Source: a candidate division WOR-3 bacterium
GTDB taxonomy: Bacteria > Hydrothermota > 32-111
Direction: 5' to 3'
NCBI GenBank assembly: GCA_039804105.1
Contig: JBDRZU010000001.1
Location: forward strand, 224,001-288,000
DNA length: 64,000 bases
The position numbers and the translations under genes were made by a program. The notes under the pieces are model-generated. The model saw only the letters and a list, made by a program, of their open reading frames with translations, made no database searches and had not been told where the DNA came from. Below, in pieces: positions 58,739 to 64,000 of the stretch (within the stretch, counting starts at the first letter, position 1; each line of letters opens with the position of its first letter).

Positions 58739-59251
58739 TTAAAAGTGAATTATACTTGATATTTGCCAATTTTCAAGATTTTTTCTACCGTTTAAAAAAT
58801 CGAGTTCGATCAAAAATGATATTCCTGATACATTTCCACCTGATTTTTCAATAAGTTTTGTTGCTGCTTTCATCGTGCCACCTGTTGCAAGTAGATCATC
58901 AACAAGAAGTATATTCTCCCCTTTTGATACAGCATCTGTATGCATCTCTATTGTCGCTGTTCCATATTCAAGAGTATAAGTTTCCTCAAAAGTTTTATAA
59001 GGTAATTTTCCTTTTTTTCTTATAGGTATAAATCCTTTGTTATATTTGTTTGCTATAGCGATTCCAAAGATAAAGCCTCTTGATTCAATTCCAGCTATTT
59101 TATCAATTTTTGAAAAATCAAAAGGTTCACTCATTTTGTCAACAGCATATTTAAAGGCATAAGGATCAAGTATTACAGGTGTAACATCTTTAAAGATTAT
59201 TCCTTTTACTGGAAAATCAGGTATGTCTCTTATAAAACTTTTAAGTTCCAT
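58739..59251 (-). CDS. apt: Adenine phosphoribosyltransferase
   Basis: IPDFPVKGIIFKD, IESRGF, RKKGKLP, LEYG, VDDLLATGGT; GGAGG RBS gives start 59251. Confidence 0.96.
   Translation of the reverse strand: MELKSFIRDIPDFPVKGIIFKDVTPVILDPYAFKYAVDKMSEPFDFSKIDKIAGIESRGFIFGIAIANKYNKGFIPIRKKGKLPYKTFEETYTLEYGTATIEMHTDAVSKGENILLVDDLLATGGTMKAATKLIEKSGGNVSGISFLIELDFLNGRKNLENWQISSIIHF
58749..58776 (-). promoter_or_regulatory. sigma70-like promoter TTGAAA-N16-TATAAT for tRNA-Arg, inside the apt 3' end
   Basis: -10 ends 15 nt upstream of tRNA 5' end. Confidence 0.6.
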
Positions 59252-59261
59252 TTCTCCTCCT

Positions 59262-59531
59262 TTAGTATTCGATTGAAAAATCATCATACTCTGATGATTC
59301 TATTTCTTTTATGATCATATCTTTCACTTCAGCATAAGGATGTTCAGTTCTTACTCTTTTAATAAAATCTTCGAGTTGATAACTCTCCCCTTGTGCTATT
59401 ATTAAAACATCCCCAGAATACAGGTTTTCAACATATCCTTTAACACCAATTTTTTTTGCAGTTCTTTGAACAAAATATCTGAATCCAACACCCTGCACAT
59501 AACCTTTTACAAGTATTTCGTAAGTTTTCAT
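59262..59531 (-). CDS. acyP: Acylphosphatase
   Basis: VKGYVQGVGFR, GYVEN. Confidence 0.92.
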   Translation of the reverse strand: MKTYEILVKGYVQGVGFRYFVQRTAKKIGVKGYVENLYSGDVLIIAQGESYQLEDFIKRVRTEHPYAEVKDMIIKEIESSEYDDFSIEY

Positions 59532-59977
59532 AGGTTTTTTTCTACAAACTTTTTTATATCGTTTATAGTTTTTGCTTCCTTAATCCCAACTTTTTTTGCA
59601 TAATCAGATTTATAACCTATGATCGGTTTTCCAAATTGGAGTGAATAACCGATTTCGGTTAAAGTTCCATATTTGCCATCGATCACTATTATAATATCGG
59701 AAGAGTTGATAATGATATAGTTCCTTGCGTATCCTATTCCTGTTGATATTGTGATATCTATATAAGGATTAGCATTTTCTTTTTCGAATGGAAGTATTCC
59801 AATTGTAGTACCACCTTTGTTTTTTACACCTTTTGAAATCGCTTCCATTACACCAGTTCCACCACCACAGATCACAGGCACTTTAAAATTTGCAAGCATC
59901 TCCCCTATTTTAACCACTTCTTGAAAAAGTGGTTCATCAATCACAGAACCACCGATAACACCGATTAACTTATACAT
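59528..59977 (-). CDS. LOG/DprA-Smf-fold nucleotide-binding protein (TIGR00725-like)
   Basis: CGGGTGVMEA, TIGILP, ARN, GTLTEI. Confidence 0.85.
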   Translation of the reverse strand: MYKLIGVIGGSVIDEPLFQEVVKIGEMLANFKVPVICGGGTGVMEAISKGVKNKGGTTIGILPFEKENANPYIDITISTGIGYARNYIIINSSDIIIVIDGKYGTLTEIGYSLQFGKPIIGYKSDYAKKVGIKEAKTINDIKKFVEKNL

Positions 59978-61337
59978 TTTTTATATCTACAGATTTATAT
60001 TTTGATAGTGTTTCTTTAATATTTTTTCTGATCTTCTCCATACTTTCTTTATCTTTTGCCTCAAATCTCACAACAAGAATCGGCTGTGTATTCGAAGCTC
60101 TAACAAGAGCCCAGCCGTTTTCGAAATAAACTCGCGCACCATCAATATCAACCACTCTGTAATTTTTTTCTTTATAATATTTTACAATCTCATCAACAAT
60201 TTTAAACTTATCTTCGTCCGTTGTATCAACTCTGATTTCAGGTGTTGAGATATAGTATGGCATTTCATTTTTCAGTTCAGATACTTTTTTATTTCTTTCT
60301 GACATGATTCTTAAGATGAGTAAAGAAGCATAAAGCCCATCATCAAAACCAAAATAATTTTCAGCAAAAAACATATGCCCTGACATTTCTCCAGCGAGTA
60401 ATGCCTTTTCCTCTTTCATTTTTCTTTTTAGAAGAGAATGACCAGTTTTATGCATAATGGGAACTCCACCTTCTCTAATAATTAATTCCTCAAGCCCTTG
60501 GGAACATTTTACATCAAATATTACCTTTTCACCTTTGTTTCTTGAAAGCATATCTTTTGCAAGAATTCCAAGGATTTGATCTCCAAAAACCACATCCCCT
60601 TTTTCATCGATTATTCCAACTCGATCACAATCTCCATCATATCCGATTCCAACATCATATCCACCTTTTACAGTTTTATTTCTTAACTCTTCTATAAATT
60701 CCATCACAGTTGGATCAGGAAGATGGTTCGGGAAATTCCCATCCCTTTCAAAGTTTATAAAATCAGCTTTCACATTCAACTTTTCAAAAATTTTTTTTGC
60801 GATTGGTCCTGCTGTTCCATTACCCGGATCTACAAGAACCTTTAACTCTTTCTTTATTTTAATTTTTTCAACACACATGTTTATATAAATTTCTTCAATA
60901 CTTTCCTTTATCAGTTTACCTTCTCCTTTTTCAAGATCATTTTCGATGATCATTTTGTAAAAATTTTGAATAACATCTCCATATATTGTAACATCAGGAT
61001 CAACCATCTTCAGTCCATTGTATTCTATGGGATTGTGAGATCCTGTGACCATTATTCCACCATCGCTTTTGAAGTAGTGCTGGGAATAATAAAGCATAGG
61101 AGTTGTAACAACTCCAACATCTATAACATCAAGACCAGTGTCAAGAACTCCATTAACAAACGCTTCTTTGATCCTTGGGCTTGACAATCTTACATCCATT
61201 CCAGCAACAACTTTCTTTCCACCTCTCCTTCTAATATATGTTGCAAACGCTTTTCCTATTTTATATACATCACCACTATTTAAATCTGTTTCTGCAATAC
61301 CTCGAACATCATACATTCTAAATATTGATTGCTTCAT
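59970..61337 (-). CDS. Phosphomannomutase/phosphoglucomutase
   Basis: FRMYDVRG, TGSHNP, DGDCDR, GEMSGH, RASNT. Confidence 0.93.
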   Translation of the reverse strand: MKQSIFRMYDVRGIAETDLNSGDVYKIGKAFATYIRRRGGKKVVAGMDVRLSSPRIKEAFVNGVLDTGLDVIDVGVVTTPMLYYSQHYFKSDGGIMVTGSHNPIEYNGLKMVDPDVTIYGDVIQNFYKMIIENDLEKGEGKLIKESIEEIYINMCVEKIKIKKELKVLVDPGNGTAGPIAKKIFEKLNVKADFINFERDGNFPNHLPDPTVMEFIEELRNKTVKGGYDVGIGYDGDCDRVGIIDEKGDVVFGDQILGILAKDMLSRNKGEKVIFDVKCSQGLEELIIREGGVPIMHKTGHSLLKRKMKEEKALLAGEMSGHMFFAENYFGFDDGLYASLLILRIMSERNKKVSELKNEMPYYISTPEIRVDTTDEDKFKIVDEIVKYYKEKNYRVVDIDGARVYFENGWALVRASNTQPILVVRFEAKDKESMEKIRKNIKETLSKYKSVDIKNV

Positions 61338-62095
61338 AATTCCTCCTTTATATATCTGTAAGCATTCTCAAATATTATTATACCATAAGGGTCTTTTTTC
61401 TCATCATAGTAAAATTGTTTTTCATCCCTGAACCTTTCAGGATGTGGCATCATTCCAAGGATTCTTCCTGTATTATCAACTATTCCAGCTATAGAATCAA
61501 AAGATCCATTCGGATTTTCAGGATATTTTAAAGTTTTTTTACCTTTATCATTAACATAAAAGAAAGCTCCAAGTTTTTCTATTAAATCTTTTTCAGAATT
61601 ATGAATAAATTTCCCTTCACCGTGAGCAACAGGAAGATAAATATAATCGGGAAGATTTTTAGTAAAAATTGTATTTTTGTTAACAAGAAGTTTTACCCAG
61701 CGATCTTCATAATGGAACGAATCATTAAATATTAAACTAACTTCCTGCTCCCATTTACCATAAGTATTTGGAAGTAGTCCGGATTTAACGAGAATCTGAA
61801 ACCCGTTACAGATACCAAGAATGAGTTTTCCATCATCAATATGTTTTTTAAAATTTTCAAATAGATGATGTTTTATAATGGAAGATACGATTCTACCACT
61901 TCCAGTATAATCTCCATAAGAAAAACCTCCAGGGAAAACTATGAATGAGAATTTTTTTATTACATCAGGATCCTGTATCAGTTCGCCTACTGTTAAAATT
62001 TCATTTTTAAATCCGACATTTTTAAGAATAAAAGATGTTTCCAACTCGCAGTTGGTTCCATCAGCTTTTATAACGAGAGATAAAAATTTGTTCAT
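61334..62095 (-). CDS. purQ: FGAM synthase glutaminase subunit
   Basis: GTNC, PGGFSYGD, LGICNGFQ, AHGEG, NPNGS, MPHPER. Confidence 0.95.
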   Translation of the reverse strand: MNKFLSLVIKADGTNCELETSFILKNVGFKNEILTVGELIQDPDVIKKFSFIVFPGGFSYGDYTGSGRIVSSIIKHHLFENFKKHIDDGKLILGICNGFQILVKSGLLPNTYGKWEQEVSLIFNDSFHYEDRWVKLLVNKNTIFTKNLPDYIYLPVAHGEGKFIHNSEKDLIEKLGAFFYVNDKGKKTLKYPENPNGSFDSIAGIVDNTGRILGMMPHPERFRDEKQFYYDEKKDPYGIIIFENAYRYIKEEL

Positions 62096-62099
62096 AATA

Positions 62100-64000
62100 T
62101 CACCTGTAAAGTTTCATAAGTTTTCTTGTTTCGAATTTATAAATTTTGTTATTGTATTTAATTTTTATTAAAGGTTTTTTTACAACTCTTCCTAAAATTG
62201 TTAAATATTTTTTGCCGATTATTTTTTCAATATATTCGATATCATCATCGTAAACCTGTACAACATATCTTGTTTGAGTTTCAGAAAATAGAAAATCGAT
62301 TGGATCAAGTTTACTTTTTATTTCTATCTCACAGCCGAGATCGTTCCCAATACAACTTTCAAAAAGTGTAACAAAAAGGCCTCCATCTGAAATATCATGT
62401 GCTGAAATTAACATCCTTTTTTTACTGATCTCGTTAAAATTTCTATGGATTTCTGTTGACTCAAAAATATCTATGTCAGGAACAAAACCATTTTTTATTT
62501 TAAACTCAGTATAAAGAATTGAACCCGCTAATTCTTCCTTTGTCTCTTTTCCCAGAATCACAATTGAAGAAGGTTTTTGGGTCATTTTAAAATATGAACT
62601 TTTTATATTATCAACATCAGATACTGATAATGCAGAGATCAAAAGAGTTGGAGGGATTTCTATCTTCTTATCTTTCATTATGAAATAATTGTTCAAAGAA
62701 TCTTTCCCTGATATGAAGGGGGTTTTCAATCTCACAGTATAATCATAACATGCAAATGTCGATTCTACTATTGCCCCAAGAGTATGAGGGTTTGTTACAT
62801 CACCGAAGCAAAAATTATCGAGTAAAAATGTGTGATCAAGATCTCCCCCCTGTGAAAGAACATTTCTTATACTCTCATCTATAACAGCGTATGTCATCTT
62901 TTTGACATTCAACTCTCCATATCTTGGATTGATTCCACAACCAACCACAATACATTTTTCTTTTGAAAATAATGGGAATAAAACAGATGAATCGTTTGGT
63001 GAATTATGAGTTTTACCACCAAGTGGCTTTATCAATGTTTGTGATTGAACCTCATGATCATACTGTCTGACAATCCATTCTTTAGATTTAACATCATTTG
63101 ATGAAATAACTTTTTCAACAGCATCATCTATAGAAAACTTGTATTTTTCTTTTCTTTTTGATTCTTTGAAATTTACATAAGGTAAAGCTTTTTTTTCAAA
63201 CAAAGGAACACCTTTATGTAAAAAGTCCATATCAAGAGAGAGAACAAGTTTATCATAAAAATAAAGTTCAAGTTTCTTACCTTTAAAATAACCTATATGC
63301 GAAACCTCAGTGTTATATTTTTCGGCAATCTCTTTTATCCTCTCAAAATTTTTCGGGGGCACTGAAAGAACCATTCTCTCCTGACTTTCAGAAATCCAGA
63401 TTTCACTGTATGATAACCCTTCATATTTTAATGGCACCTTTTCAAGAAATACAACCGCGCCTGTCTCTTCTCCCATCTCTCCAACAGCAGATGATAATCC
63501 ACCTGCTCCACAATCGGTTATAGCATTAAAAAGTCCATCCATTTCCATGATAGCATCAAGCATTTTCTTTTCTTCGATTGGATTACCGATTTGCACAGCA
63601 CCACTTGATAACTCTTGAGAATCCTCAGTGAGTGATGTTGAGGAAAAAGTTGCTCCATGGATTCCATCCCTCCCAGTTTTTCCGCCTATCAAAACGATGT
63701 AATCATTTTCAACAACTTTTTTAAAGCTGTTTCGTGATTTCATTACTCCTATGCTTCCAGCAAAAACAAGAGGATTTCCAAGAAAATTTTTGTGATAACA
63801 AACCGCACCATTTATTGTAGGAATACCCATTCTGTTCCCATAATCTCTCACTCCTGCAACAACACCTTTCAAAATTTCATCTGGTGGTATTATCGTTTCA
63901 TTCTCCTTTAATTCTCCTTCATCAATTCCTATGCAAAAAACGTCTGTATTTGCAATAGGTTTAGCTGATAAGCCGGTTCCAATTATATCTCTAATGACTC
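62100..64000 (-). CDS. purL: FGAM synthase PurL (5'-truncated by window)
   Basis: VIRDIIGTG, YGNRMGIP, TGRDGIHG, DCGAGG, SESQERM, SGKDS, HDISDGG; frame open to window end. Confidence 0.95.
   Translation of the reverse strand, partial: VIRDIIGTGLSAKPIANTDVFCIGIDEGELKENETIIPPDEILKGVVAGVRDYGNRMGIPTINGAVCYHKNFLGNPLVFAGSIGVMKSRNSFKKVVENDYIVLIGGKTGRDGIHGATFSSTSLTEDSQELSSGAVQIGNPIEEKKMLDAIMEMDGLFNAITDCGAGGLSSAVGEMGEETGAVVFLEKVPLKYEGLSYSEIWISESQERMVLSVPPKNFERIKEIAEKYNTEVSHIGYFKGKKLELYFYDKLVLSLDMDFLHKGVPLFEKKALPYVNFKESKRKEKYKFSIDDAVEKVISSNDVKSKEWIVRQYDHEVQSQTLIKPLGGKTHNSPNDSSVLFPLFSKEKCIVVGCGINPRYGELNVKKMTYAVIDESIRNVLSQGGDLDHTFLLDNFCFGDVTNPHTLGAIVESTFACYDYTVRLKTPFISGKDSLNNYFIMKDKKIEIPPTLLISALSVSDVDNIKSSYFKMTQKPSSIVILGKETKEELAGSILYTEFKIKNGFVPDIDIFESTEIHRNFNEISKKRMLISAHDISDGGLFVTLFESCIGNDLGCEIEIKSKLDPIDFLFSETQTRYVVQVYDDDIEYIEKIIGKKYLTILGRVVKKPLIKIKYNNKIYKFETRKLMKLYR

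Overview
Very AT-rich bacterial chromosomal segment with no rRNA, CRISPR array, prophage or transposase gene visible. Gene content points to an anaerobic, diderm, protein/amino-acid-fermenting organism: Buk, Ptb, 2-oxoacid:ferredoxin oxidoreductase, methylmalonyl-CoA mutase/epimerase, Fhs, PckA, FBPase, and secreted M6, C25 and S9 peptidases, plus PorV-like and Omp85 proteins. T9SS-type C-terminal domains occur on the M6, C25 and LVIVD proteins. An FCB-related candidate lineage such as WOR-3/TA06 is plausible but is inference only. The window also has two tRNAs (Ala-GGC, Arg-CCT) and a 12.6-kb Wzx/Wzy polysaccharide locus. Main non-obvious signals: (1) a 28-bp dif-like Xer site at 57812-57839, near where gene orientation flips from + to -, suggesting the replication terminus; (2) four copies of a 33-39 bp non-coding repeat (TTACAAAAAAATGTCAAAAAGTCAAGCACCGTCCCCAA) forming two direct pairs that each bracket one accessory gene, the pairs being inverted relative to each other; (3) four DnaA boxes directly upstream of a YycJ/WalJ-like gene about 2.4 kb from dif; (4) 16 of 17 recognisable sigma70-like promoters have a 16-bp rather than 17-bp spacer, four apparently leaderless; (5) an Omp85/TamA-like gene that seems to start at CTG and carries an intrinsic terminator in its signal-peptide region. 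All calls are by eye from motifs; no searches were run.
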